DNA from: Klebsormidium nitens
Lineage: Eukaryota; Plantae; Klebsormidiophyceae
Direction of reading: 5' to 3'
Length of the DNA stretch: 64,000 bases
NCBI GenBank assembly: GCA_000708835.1
Contig: DF236956.1
Coordinates: 419,354-483,353 of the forward strand
Position numbers and translations under genes: made by a program
Shown here: piece by piece, positions 1-11,900 of the stretch
How positions within the stretch are numbered: position 1 is the stretch's first letter
Layout: every line of letters starts with the position of its first letter
Notes under the pieces: model-generated
Told to the model about the DNA's origin: nothing
The model's input: the letters and a program-made list of their open reading frames with translations, nothing else
Database searches by the model: none

Positions 1-3000
1 CGCCTTCGTCTTGATCAGCCCTCGGATCTCGTCGACCGTGCCACGTGGCGCGCATCGGACGGCCACGACCTGGTCGGGGGGGAGCCCCGGTTGGAAGGCC
101 GGGCCGGCGACAGTCATCGCGGTGATTGCCACGTGTTCGCACAGCGCGGCGGCTTCTTTGTGACAGCTGGCAAGGCGCGCGTAGTGTTGTTCTTTCAGGC
201 GGAGGTGCGATGACTCGGCACGGCTCTCGCGCAGCCGTTTCTGCAATTAGAGGAAAAGAACAAGACTTTACTCAGGGACTCTAGATTCTAATCGTGAGTC
301 TTGACGCAAGGTAAGAGATTTTGGAAAATTTACACAGGTGTACGCACAACTGAGCATGAAGAGAGCTTTCAAGAAGTGTCGTAAGGAACTCAGTTCTGTG
401 CGTGGAGAGTATTCCCACGCCTCATGAAAGGCCGAAGGTTTTCGGTCCTCATCGCATTCCTCTTCAAAACCTTGACCAACGGTACTCTTCTTAACGTGTT
501 TCTTTGTCGCTTGTCAAAAGGACACAGTACTAGAAGTCATAAGTGGTGCCAGTTATGCTCTAGGGGATGAGTCATTCCAGAGTGCGAGGTACAATACGAT
601 ATTGTCGCGAAATTCAGATCCGTTTGAAAACCCTTTTGGACGCAAATTCCCTACGAAGTGGTGGAAGGACCCTGCCGCACTCTGAGCAGCGGCAACCCTC
701 CTTGTGCTGCCACTAGGCACTCCAACGACACCATCACCGCCTAGTGATCTGTAATCTTGAACCTAAGTTTGCATAAAACAAAGCTTCTGGCTAAAAACCA
801 CGATTATGCCAGAAACGATTCCCGAAGGAAAATGACAAGCCCGCCGCACCTTGAGCAGCCGCACCTCTTCGTGCTGCCCCTACTCTTGAGCTTACAAAGA
901 AAGGACCAGATATCGTAAACACCTTCTGATCTGGCGCTCTCGAAACCCTTTTACAAAGCGAACGGGGTAGATTATTATTGCCGGGCAAGAACGGCCGCAC
1001 CTTGAGCAGCTGGAACTTCTCCTCGTGCTGCTGCTGCGCGGCCGCGCGCGAGCGCCGGATTTCGAGCATGGCCTCGTCCATCTCGCGGCGCAGGTCCGCC
1101 GCGTCGCCCTCCAGCAGGCCCTTCTTGACCGTCAGCAGGGCCAGCTCCTGCATAGGCTATGATCAGATTAGGGCTTACATGCACATTTGCAAGAGTTCAC
1201 TGGGTCAAGGTGCCAGGCAGTGACGGGTCCAGGCTTTAGTCCAATTCCTGAAGCAAAGCGTCGCGACCTCGCTTTCCAACAGGCCCTTTGAACCGTCAGC
1301 AGGGCCAGCTCCTGCATATTCTATTAGTGATTGAGTGCTTATGTGACTTGATTATTGTTGATTGGAGGATTTTAGGCAGTAGGTTTCATGGCTATCCTCG
1401 AAAGCTTTCAAAACAAGTGAGAGAAGCGCCGCGGCGCCCTCTAACAGGCCTTTCTTGACCGTCAGCAGGGCCAGCTCCCGCATACGCTATGCTCAAATCA
1501 GTCCATGCATTTAACTCTCATTGTCGGAAGTCACAGTGCGACTTCAATCCTTACGAGTCAGCTTCGCTTTCCGGATACAATCGTCGATCCGCATGCAATT
1601 GAGCAAAGCGATACAGTCATGTTACAGGTCGCATTGAGATCATATACACTGGCACTTTTCGTGATCTCAACAAAAAGATGCTCAGAGCGAAGGGCCCCAA
1701 GAGCCGTGATCCAAGTGCTTGCGGACAAAAGGAAGACGACTCCGGAGATTCAGCACTTTCCACTGCTGAAGCTGCAACGCAATCAAGCTCGCAATCAGCA
1801 TGGAAACACTAAAGCTGATAACACTATGCTAAGTGTTCCTGGAAGAACTAGAGAGGGTATAAAATACCTGGCGGCTGCCGTTCGCAATCGCCAGTAGCTC
1901 CTCCTTGTGCCGCCCCTCCAGCGCCTCGAGCCTCTCCTCTGCCGCGCGCCGCTCCTCCGCGCGCTCGCGCTCGCTCGCGCGCGCGTCCTCCCGCAGCGCG
2001 CGCATCTCCGCGGCCGCGCGCGCGACCCGCTGCTTGAGCACCGTCTGCGCGACCACCATCCGCCAGAACAGCTCCACCCCGCGCTTCGCGCGGTTCTGCG
2101 CTTCCAGGCGCGCGAGACGCGCGTTTTCCTCGGGCGACGATGCGGGTGAGGGACCCCTGTGGTTGTCGCCCGAAAACGCCTTCGCGTGACTGAAAGCTTT
2201 GAGTAGGTCGAGCAGTTCCGCGGCGACCCGCTCATCTTCCTCGTTGCTCTTGAGGACGCTCGCGCGGGGCAGCCACGTGGCGGGGTCCGATTGGGCCGGC
2301 TCGGGCGCGTCCGGCTTGTGCGCGCGCAGGTTGTGGCGGTCGAAGACGGCCGCGCGCTCGCGGAGGAAAGTGTTGTCCGCATGGAGGCGCTTCACCTGTC
2401 GGGGAGGAAGAAACGTGAGCGAAAAGAGAGAACCGGGACAAATGCACGATTCTGTCTTCGTCGATTGCAGGCGCTGCGATTCTACTATTGTCTTTCTGAA
2501 GAAATTGCAATGATGCTAAAAGAGCAGCATCGAGAGTTGTCCGCTATGTCGCTTCGATGGGGATGTGTGACACATCGGCAAGGAACTCACAGCACGACTT
2601 CGCGCTGCCGCCGAAGCCACCGAACAGTGAAAATTGCAATTTCTCTCGCTCCTCCGCAAACGATAGAGAGCGGACGTTCAATGAACAGAGGAAATCTCAA
2701 ATGTTTTCGTCTGGAAAGCAAGAGAACCGGAAACTCGATGATCTCATCGCTCCTCACCCGCAAATTCACGGAGAGCGGATATAAAACGAGTTGACAAATG
2801 TCGTGACTCTTCTCTTGCAAATCGCAAAGAGCTGCCAATCAACGTTTATAAGGTTTCATCAATTGTCTTTCGCACATCACAAAGGGATCCCAAATCCGCA
2901 ACCGATCGCATTTTTCACCTCAGACCGCAGCCGCTCGCTCGTGTGCTCCTCCTCAAACTCCTCCAGCAGCGCCCCGAACGTCTCCCACGGTTCGTCCCCC

Positions 3001-6000
3001 CGGGCGCCCTCTTTTGCCGCCGCCTCTAGTTTCCACACCTTCAGCTTCAGCTCCTCTTCCACTCGCTGGCGCGCCAACTCTGCTTGAGTAGCGTCCCGGG
3101 CCAACTTCCGCAGCTGACGTAAGAGGGCAGCCTCCCGCCCGGTAGACGTGACCGGGGCTGTGGCCGGCTCCTGGAAGAAACAATGACGTCAGCTCATCGT
3201 CACAGCTTCAGCTTCTCTTGGTGCGCAGCCCCGCCTGGGTCACGTTTCGGGCCATCTTGCGCAGCTGATGTACGAGGGCGGCCTCCCGCCCGGTAGAAGC
3301 GACCGGGGTACCGGGCCCCTGGAAAACGAATAAGGTCAGCCATTATCGCGTCTGCACGTTGCGTACCCCTCGCTCAGTAAGCGGTCTGCACTTTGCCATC
3401 CACAATGTCGCTTCATATGCGGAAGATATATTTTGAGCTCCCCATGAATCTCCACAAATGAAGGATTATAGCACCATGTAGACCCGAGACCTCGCACCTC
3501 GCAACAAACTCAACAAAGAAGATGGCCCGTATTCCTGAAGCCGCGCATGTGATTTTGAAAACCAGATTAGATCTCCCCAGTTGTAAGCCTCATCTCCGGT
3601 CAGGTCGATGGTGCACACTTTTGCTCCAACTAAATCCACTTTCAGATCCACAGCATCAATCTCCCGTTGTCGCGGAGTGAGCTTTCACTTGCTCCGAGGA
3701 CGAAGAACCAGGCCCTAGAAAGGTGTCTCCCCACCTGAGCTTCATAACCCTTCCTGACAAAACTGCAACCCACCTCGCCCAATAGAAGCCGCGTGCAGTC
3801 GAGTTTGGCACGCACTTCTTGAGCGGCCGGTGGGCACACGAATCTCCGGTTTCTTTCAAACTAAAAGTTCACCGATACCAACAGGACGCACCGGTACCAA
3901 CAGGACTCACGAATCAAGACCCGGCTGTAAAGGAGTTAACAACAAATGAAAGGCCAGTAAAACCAAATGCACCTCTTCCGACAAGAGCCCCGCGCAGTCG
4001 ACATCGGCACGCGCCTCCTGCGCGAGCGCCCGGTGGAGTTCCCCGACCTGTTCCTGCTGACGCACCAGCTCCGCCTCCAGGCCCGCGCACCGCGCCTCCA
4101 GAGCGGCGATCTGGTCCTCCTGGACCGCGCGCGCGCACGCGCTCGCGAGCAGCTGCTGCCGCAGCTTGCTCGTCTCTTCGACGGTCGCCTGCGGGTAGGA
4201 AAAGGCAGAAATGATGTCAGCATTGACTATGCGTGTTTTGAGAGCTCTTGTTCCTGGACCGCGCGCGCGGACGCGCTCGCGAGCAGCTGCTGGTGCAGCT
4301 GGTTTGTCTCTTGGACGGTCGCCTGCGCGGAGATCGGAGAGATTTGCGTCAGGATGCTTCAGAGATATTCGCGAGGGCTGCTGCTCCTGAATTGCGTGCG
4401 CGCGCACACGCTCGCGAGCAGCTGCTGCCGCAGCTTGCTCGTCTCTTCGACGGTCGCCTGCGGGCGGTGATCGTAAACCAGCGTCGAAATTGGTCAAGGA
4501 TGGCTATGGTCACTCGGCTATGGGCTGCAGCATATGCTGCTCAAGTGCCCCGGCTGCAACATGGAATTGAGGGGCGGGGTTTTGCAGAGCGTCCTTCGAC
4601 GCGCGCGCTGGCATGGCTCTTCTGTACCGCCTATTGCGGCCTTCTCGTCTCCAAGAGTTCGTGGACTGCTCTCATACTCACGCCCTCCTTACATGTCGGG
4701 AACGGCATTGCGTGCAACAGCTCGACTTTACTATTTTGTGCTGACATTGTCCAGCGTACCTGAGCTGGCCTCGCCCCGAGAGCCACGTGAACTGCTCCCT
4801 CTTATCAAAACGCCGGAAGGAAAAGGATATGGAAAAACTCGAATTTCTCGTGCCCCAAGTCATCTAACATACTGCGCCTCGGCGCGCATCCCTTTCTAAA
4901 TCTCGTTCAGAAGGATGCATCATAAATCCAGAATCTCCTCTCCGTGCTGACGTTATCAAACGTACCTGCGCGTCATCCCCGCGCGCCGCTCTCTGCGCCT
5001 CGGCGCGCAGCCCGTCCGCCACCTTCCGCAGCTCCAGGACGAACCGCTGCTGGTCCCGGCCCCGTTCCGCGGCAAGCTTCAGCCGCTCGATGGCGAACTC
5101 GCCCCGCAGCGCCTCCGCTTGAGCCTTCAGTTCGGCGTCGTGAGCGGCAGCAGCCTCCTTGCACTCCTGCAGCGATCGGTTCTACTTAGGAAAACCTCTC
5201 TTGACGAAGTTTAGGGGTTCCAGTTCCGACAGCGAGTTTCAGCCATTTGGGCGACGAGCTTGCCCTGTAGCGCCTCCGCTTGAGCCTGCAGCTCGGCATG
5301 GTGACAAGCAGCAGCCTCCTTGCACTCCTGCGGAGAAGATTGCAGTTAGAGATAACTCTCTTAACGAAGATAAGGAGTTGCCTCTCCCCGAGAAAAAGTA
5401 TTACAAAGCGCGATAAAGTGGTCCTTGAAATATTATCGCCGGCTTTCAACTCAATCGCAAACTCGCCCCGCAGCGCCTCCGCTTGCGCCTGCAGCTCGGC
5501 GTGGTGACAGGTTGCAGCCTCCCTGCACTCCTGCGGAGATCGATTGCGCTTGGGCTTTAGACAAAGCCGAGGGGCATGGAACGTTTCGGACGTGGAAGAC
5601 CTTCCAATCCGCTTTCGAGAAGACGATGTCCCTGTAAGCTGCTCTCGACGGCATTTGTTTGCCTGGCAGCAACTTGTCTAAAAGACGCGCAATGTTCTGA
5701 AGTAGTTGAGGTCAAGAGAATCCATAATCAGAGACGGCTTCCTCCGTTGCCGGAATTGACTAGCCTCTCGAACGTCAAACGTCCCGGTAAAAAGCGAACT
5801 CCCAAACGGAAGTCGGAAACAGCTCGAGACAGTACGTTGCTATCGAGTCGAGGAAACCCTCCAGATGAAAGAGGTCGGAACCGAAGCTCCACCGGTCAAA
5901 GTGGAACCTCGAAGAAGTAGGGCCAAGCCTATGGTAACATCCTCATACCTGCTTGCAAAGTCGCATCTCAACTCAACAGATGCTGTAACAGATCAAGGGG

Positions 6001-7472
6001 CTCGAAAGCCCAAAAGGTTTCGCACCTGCTCGTATCTCGTCATAAGGAAGTGCCTCTCTTGCACGCTGGCCTCCATCTGCCTCCGTAAACTATCGTTCTC
6101 GAAACGGAGATTTGCCAGTAGCAGCTCCCCCTTCGCTTTCATCCCAGCCGTCCGCCACTCCACAGGGGCCAATCCTGGCCCTCCATTTTCAGCCCTCTCG
6201 TTCCCTGGGCCCATAAACGAGCCGCGCTTCTTATCTCTGTTCATCGACTCCCCAATGTCGGCACCTCCCCCAGAGGCCAGAGCTTCCGCACTGTTCTGAT
6301 TCTGCCTGGTGAACGCCTTTCTAGACACCTCGACCAGCACGCCGTCCCCCCCACCAGACTGTTGCGCATCACCCCCCTCTTGCGAGGCTTCCTCTACCCC
6401 CCGGGGAGCCCTGTTTTCTTTCAGCGACCCATGCCTGTTTAGGGCCGCAATCGAGGCTCGGGACTGGAGGAAGTCGGCCAGCTGTTGGTCGATCGGGTAG
6501 GCAAAGTCGCAGGAGAAGGAGCGGTTCTCTGTCAGCTGCTGCAGGAAGAAGCACAGCACCAGGATCGCGAAGCAAGGCTTGAAGGAAGAGCGCTGGATGC
6601 CGGCGGGGTCAAAGACCTGCAAGGAGGGTGGGTATGTTGAGCAAGACTAGCCCCTCTTGGGCCTGTTATGAGGTTTCTGAAAACAAAACGGGGGGTGTTA
6701 CAGAAACGGGGGGTGTTACAGAAATTACCAGCTACCAAGCAGAAGATTGCACTCAGAACAGGTGAGCCGTCTCTTTGTTCAAGATCTACCCAAATAAGTG
6801 CATGGCTAGCTCATGATCAGCCAATCAGGAGGGATGTCAAGGAGCTCAACAAGATAGTTTTGGACTTGGCAGCATTGTTGACTGTTCCCTTCATGAGCGT
6901 CAACCTTGAGCGTGATGTGGGGCCTTCACACTGGGGGCATTCCTGCTCACAAGCAGATGATATAATGGGGCGCATGACCAATTGCCCCCCAGTCATTCCT
7001 AAACGACGCCTGCTACTTTTACCATCCACACGAAATTGATACAGAGTGTTCCTTTGATAACCCTCCCACTCAGAACTTGGCAGCTCCAAGGCGCCTGTTC
7101 AGAGCTGGCGTTTGTCAGCTGCCTCCGAGGGGCCAGGCAGATGAACCAGCCATTACTCAGCACATTACCATCTTGCTTTGAGCTCGAAATTGCATTCGTT
7201 TGAGATGGTAAAGCTTCTCCTGCATGACTTACATGTGAAGGGAGGTGTAGCTCCACGAAGAGGCTCCGCAGAGACTCCCAGTTCCTTTTCACATCCCACA
7301 GGTGAGCTTTGAGCCGGTCCTCCTTGCCCCTGAACACCTGGGGCCATATCTTGGCAAAGACCCTCAGCAGCACGGAGCCGTCGTGCAGGTCTTCGAGCCG
7401 CTGACACGCCTTTCCAGACGTCACGGACGCCCATTGAAGGAGCTCCTTTTTTCCAATCACAGGGCGCCCCAT
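1..7472 (-). CDS. Calponin-homology (EB1/HOOK-like N-terminus) long coiled-coil protein; 8 exons in window, 3' end beyond left edge
   Basis: Exons 7472-7233, 6616-6026, 5166-4966, 4188-3973, 3170-2919, 2395-1868, 1147-1001, 240-<1. All have GT-AG boundaries, all introns are phase 0 and the joined frame is open. N-terminus MGRPVIGKKELLQWASVTSGKACQRLEDLHDGSVLLRVFAKIWP resembles a CH-domain start; later exons are E/A/R/L/Q-rich heptad sequence. Family assignment is from motif recall only. Confidence 0.8.
660..1490 (-). repeat. Splice-junction tandem duplications flanking both sides of exon 1147-1001
   Basis: Acceptor plus exon start (tgcag|gagctggccctgctgacgg) at AG 1149, 1313 and 1479 (last mutated to CGG). 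Exon end plus donor (gctgctcaag|gtgcggc) at GT 1000, 849 and 680. Confidence 0.85.
3100..3330 (-). repeat. Duplicated acceptor plus exon start (2 copies, 148 bp apart)
   Basis: ttccag|g.gcc...accgggcgggagg..gccctc...cagctgcg.aag at AG 3172 (functional) and AG 3320. Confidence 0.85.
4120..4470 (-). repeat. Triplicated acceptor plus exon start (about 135 bp period)
   Basis: cgcag|gcgaccgtc.aagagac.a.c.agctgc..cagcagctgctcgcgagc at AG 4190 (functional), 4324 and 4459. Confidence 0.9.
4740..5545 (-). repeat. Triplicated acceptor upstream and duplicated donor downstream of exon 5166-4966
   Basis: gcag|gagtgca.ggaggctgc... at AG 5168, 5329 and 5532; donor cag|gtacg at GT 4965 and 4759 with similar following intron (plus-strand ctgacgttatcaaacgtacctg vs ctgacattgtccagcgtacctg). 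Confidence 0.85.
6686..6721. repeat. Two adjacent 18-bp direct repeats (aaacggggggtgttacag) in first intron of the CH gene
   Basis: Seen directly in sequence. Confidence 0.8.
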
Positions 7473-7864
7473 CTTATTCGGGGTGGTTCAGGTCATTTGT
7501 GTTCGTACAGTTCCGCAATTGCATGGTAGAGGCTTGTGTTCATCCTTTTGAAGTTCGACTTATCATGGCTTGGCAAGATAAGCGTAGCTGAGGAAGTTGT
7601 ACAAAGCATCAAAGCAAGGCAGCGCCGCAATGCGGTAGTCTGAGCTGAGGAACAAGCTCCTGATGTCACTCTGGCGACCCTGAGAATGATGCAATCCCTT
7701 ACAAAGGGACGCCCTTCCATCAAGAAGACTCTATTCCAACACAATTGTAAGATGTTTAGACACATCGAGTCGTTCTTAAGGAGACAAAAACTAAAAGTGA
7801 GCTGAGGACCATAGTAATTTGTAATACTAATTCATTATACATACTAAAATAGAAGCTTAGCTCG

Positions 7865-7874
7865 AAACCCTAAA
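7865..7874 (+). promoter_or_regulatory. Telo-box (AAACCCTAAA) in the divergent intergenic region
   Basis: Exact plant telomere-type motif between the ATGs of the CH gene (7472, minus) and TRFL gene (8982, plus). Function not shown; a 10-mer can occur by chance. Confidence 0.35.
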
Positions 7875-8981
7875 TTTTCCTGCCTCAGGTACGTACCATT
7901 GGCGACGGTTCCTCTTTCTGCTGGTACCAGGTACGTTGGGTTAGGCCTCTAACTGGCCAGTGACCGTAGGGGGGTTTCAAGTTGAAAATGGAGCGTCCGT
8001 CACAATCGTCGGCCATTTTGAGGCGTCCGATGGCATCTCGCGAGGGTTTGGGTTTTGGCAGGGGTTCGGTGAAAGTTTCAAAATTTTGAGCGCAGTTTCA
8101 ATTGAGCTCATTTGGGCCTGCAACAGTTTGCAATGCAAGAGCTGAAGACTGAAGTGTCAGGGAGTCCTGCCAAGTCCTGCAAAAGAAGGTGCGCCTCAGC
8201 ACATGCAGACGGACCTCCGAACGACCACCTGTGCTCATGGCACATTGACGCCATCTACTGACTTCAGCAGCTTTGCTGGTGTCTTTTTGGATTTGACGTA
8301 AGTTTTGCGCTGCAAAACCATTAGCACAACGGTGTGCGAAGAGGGCCCCGGAGGCCCCCAGTCAGGAAATCGTGGATTTGGGATGCACATGGTGGTCCAG
8401 TCCTGCTCAGGTTGAGGACGTCTTCCGTGCCGCGCCATGGCTGAAAGTGGCTTCTGGACTTGAGGCGACAGGCTAGGAGGAGAGAGTCAAACGGACAAAT
8501 GCGACTAAGAGTTTGAGGATCCAGAAGAATGTGCAATGGTGACGGGCCATAAAAGAAGCTAGTGAAGACAGTGTGTTTATTGTTAGCTTTTGCAAGATCA
8601 GCCAAGGAGGTGGCGTATAGTCAGGAGCTCCTCAAATAGTAGAGCCAGGGTTGTCAGAGCAGAAAAGAATCTCTGGATCACGAGAAGGAACAAGTTGCTG
8701 GAGCTGGCATCATCATGTCTACCAGCGGGAGGGGCATTGTTGAGAGCCATGGAAAGGACGAAACTGAACAAAGTACAGGTGAGTTACATCTTCACAAGTG
8801 CTTGCCCAGTGCTGGAGGGTAAATCTGCCACCATTCCTCTCAAATGTTCTTCTTTGACGGCGATGGCAGAAGTTTCCTCGCGGCTTGTAGAATCTGCCTT
8901 TCGAAGCTGCAGAGAATAATGTTTGATGTTTGAGGACACCCTGCAATGTGTATTTGTTGTTGCGGACCAAAAAGTTGCTTT

Positions 8982-11900
8982 ATGGAAGAAGAATTGCTCA
9001 GACTCGAAGGTAAGTCACCTCAAAAGCTCACTTGACCTGTCTCTTCATTGATGCAGTAAGATCCTGCAAAGCCATGCCAGCACCTGCACCAGGGCACAGT
9101 CAAATCAACAAGTCTCCGCACATCTTCCCATTGCAGGAACAGCAATGCAACAAGAGGCTCCTGATGCTGAAGCCCCAGCGCCGGAGATAACACCCATGGA
9201 TCTGGACCTGGCACCTGTGCCCTTCCACACCGACACGAAGGATGCGGGTTTAAACAATGAGTCAATGAGCAGAGATGCAGACCGAACTGGTGCGGCACTG
9301 TCGCAAGAGCTGGAGATGCTTGGAACTGTGCAGGTCCCGTCTATAGGTAAGTGGTGCTTTCAAATGTTGGGGTGACCCCATTTCTGGTGCTTGTCAAGTT
9401 CTGGGCATGATATTACTTCCGTTCATGGGTTGTTTGGGCGGCAAGCCTTAACGTGCTTGTAACCCCGGTGAAAGGGAGACTAAGCTTCAGTGGGGGTGGG
9501 GCTAGTGCTTCTGCATCAAGGCGCCCTTATGTGTGCTTGATCCGTTAACAAACAGATATTTTTGAATCCAAAGAGCTTGATTATCAAACCATGTGATTGT
9601 GTGGTAATCAAGATCTTGTGACGTCTAAATACATTCATTCCTCACAAGAGTAGGAGACAAGGACCATGAGATAAGTAGGAAGCAGACAGAAGAAGAATCA
9701 AAAGGTTAACGACAGGGCGAACATGGTCAAATGGACTTTTTGTATGCATATGACAAACTCATGCATCGGCGATGATCTCTGCTGCAGTTCGTCGAATTGC
9801 TGTCCGGTCTGTCCTGTGGGAAGACATTGTTGTGGAGATCCCAAGCACAGCCACCATGGCTGACTTCAGGGTAAGCAAGAAGATTTGAGCTTCCTCGTTG
9901 CACAGACTAGCTTGGTTGAAGATGTGTCGCCTATTGTACTGTGGTTTGACTCTCCGTTTGGGAAGGGAAATGTGTATGTCGCTTTGTCAAGGGCTTTTGC
10001 GCCGCCGTGGCCTTTGATTTCATTCGTCGTGCTTTCGCTTCTTCAGGCGCTGTCCCCTACCCTAGAAATCGCGCTTGTATGTTGCATATTTATTGTGTCC
10101 CTGCCTGCTTAGCCCCCCCCTTTCGGTCGCCAAGGATTTGAACAGCATAGTACTACTGATTATTGCACAAATGAGAGTCACCAAGAGCTGGTAATCACAA
10201 GTTTCAACACCTTAACCCCCTGAATCTGTGATTCAAATATGATCACAATTTGCAGTCAACAATTTGCAGTCGGTTACATCAATAACCTGTGGTCGCGCAG
10301 AGAGCCATTGAGGTCCAGAGCGGGGGGAGGCTCCGGGAGGACATGTTGCCTGAACTAGTGTATGACGGGATTCTTCTCCCCACCGACAATACGAGCATCG
10401 AAGAGGCGGGGCTTACGGCCGAGAGTGCGGTGGTCGGCTTTCTGGCAATGAATGTGTCAGCACTGACAGGCTCTGCCGGCTTGGAGTTGGAACAGTAAGT
10501 TGATTCCCAAAAAGTGAACTCAAACCTGCGTCCAAGGTGTGGTAGTTGAAAAGTTTTGCGATGTGACGGTGTGTGAAGTTCTGGAGCGACTTGCAAGATC
10601 CCAATAATCGTGCTGTGGGAATAGATGCTCTGATGAATCCCTATAATGGGCAGTCTTCATGCAAGAATAATACTCTTTAACGTCAAGGTTGATTTTTAAG
10701 AAGAGGGCAGGCAACTGCTTGAAGCCTTTTCTCTGGATCAATATCCAGGCAATTAGTGCTGACTCCTCAAATAAGGTTTGGGATGGGAGAATCGTTTTCT
10801 TTACCTGAATCGGCTCCTGACCATTGCACTGCTGTGCAGGGTGAAGGAGAAAAAGGGTAAAGACCGTCGGATAAAGATCTATGTCCCTAGTGCGCCGCGT
10901 CTGCCAACCAATGCTCCAGGTAAGACCGCGTACTATCATCCTTTGCTTTCAGGATAGTGGCCCGGTTCGCCTATGCATGTTTGACATCCCTTCTTACGCA
11001 CGACAAGTTTGGCATGGGCTTTTCATGGGGAAAGCTGACGAGGCCAGTATGGCTTCGCCTTGGAGGGCTTGGCTGCCGTTGCCATGACGCAGAACTTTTC
11101 AACCCTACAGGATCCGTACAATTCGTCTTGGGGACCTTTGCGGGTCTGATCATGGAGCCTTTTTTTCGGGTTTGCGCATGCAGACTATCTCGATCCGGTT
11201 TTCTGGGGGAACCAATCTTGCGCATGAAAAGAATGGGTCGTAGACTACTTTGAAGAATGCAAAGTATCATGTGGAGATTACTTGGACACGTGCATAAAGA
11301 ATGTGGTAAACTGTGACGTAACTGTCTCCTTTAACACCTTGTCTTTCTCTCTGCAGCTTTGGAGGACACCACGCCCCCTCACAGCACGCCCACGGCTCTT
11401 CCAGCCGAACCTTTGCCATCGGCGCAATTCCAGGGCTTTCCTCCGCCGCCAGTGCCTCAATCCATCCCAGTCCCCTCCAGCGACCTTCCCACCCTCCCCA
11501 ACCGAGTCGAACAACACCCTCCGGTCCCTTCTGAAGCACAAACCCCTCCGCTCGTCCAAGATCAGCCTGCTCCAGTCGTCCGTTCCAGCGCACTTCCCGC
11601 TGGTCCTCCTGCGCTTCATCATACCTCTGCAAACGTCCCTGACGTCAGCCAAGGTCACCAAGCACCCCTTGCCGACGTCCCGGAAACGGCAGCATATTCC
11701 GATGCCTCTCAACCCCTTTCCGAACCCCATGCCGAGGCCCCTCAACCTTTCCCAGCCCCTTCGGAAGGCCAAATACCCTCGTTGTCTTCCGAGCCGCCAA
11801 ACCCCCCAGAAACGTCCACTACTGTTGCTTCCAAAGAATTGGCGCCACCGGAGGAAATCACACCGTCCGAAGCGGAGGAAGCGACCCCATCCAGCGTAGT

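Noticed and set aside
10520-10800. hAT-dimerisation-like fragment in a TRFL intron
   Set aside because: Weak resemblance only, no TIR or TSD; the adjacent 10840-10919 is a TRFL exon on the other strand.
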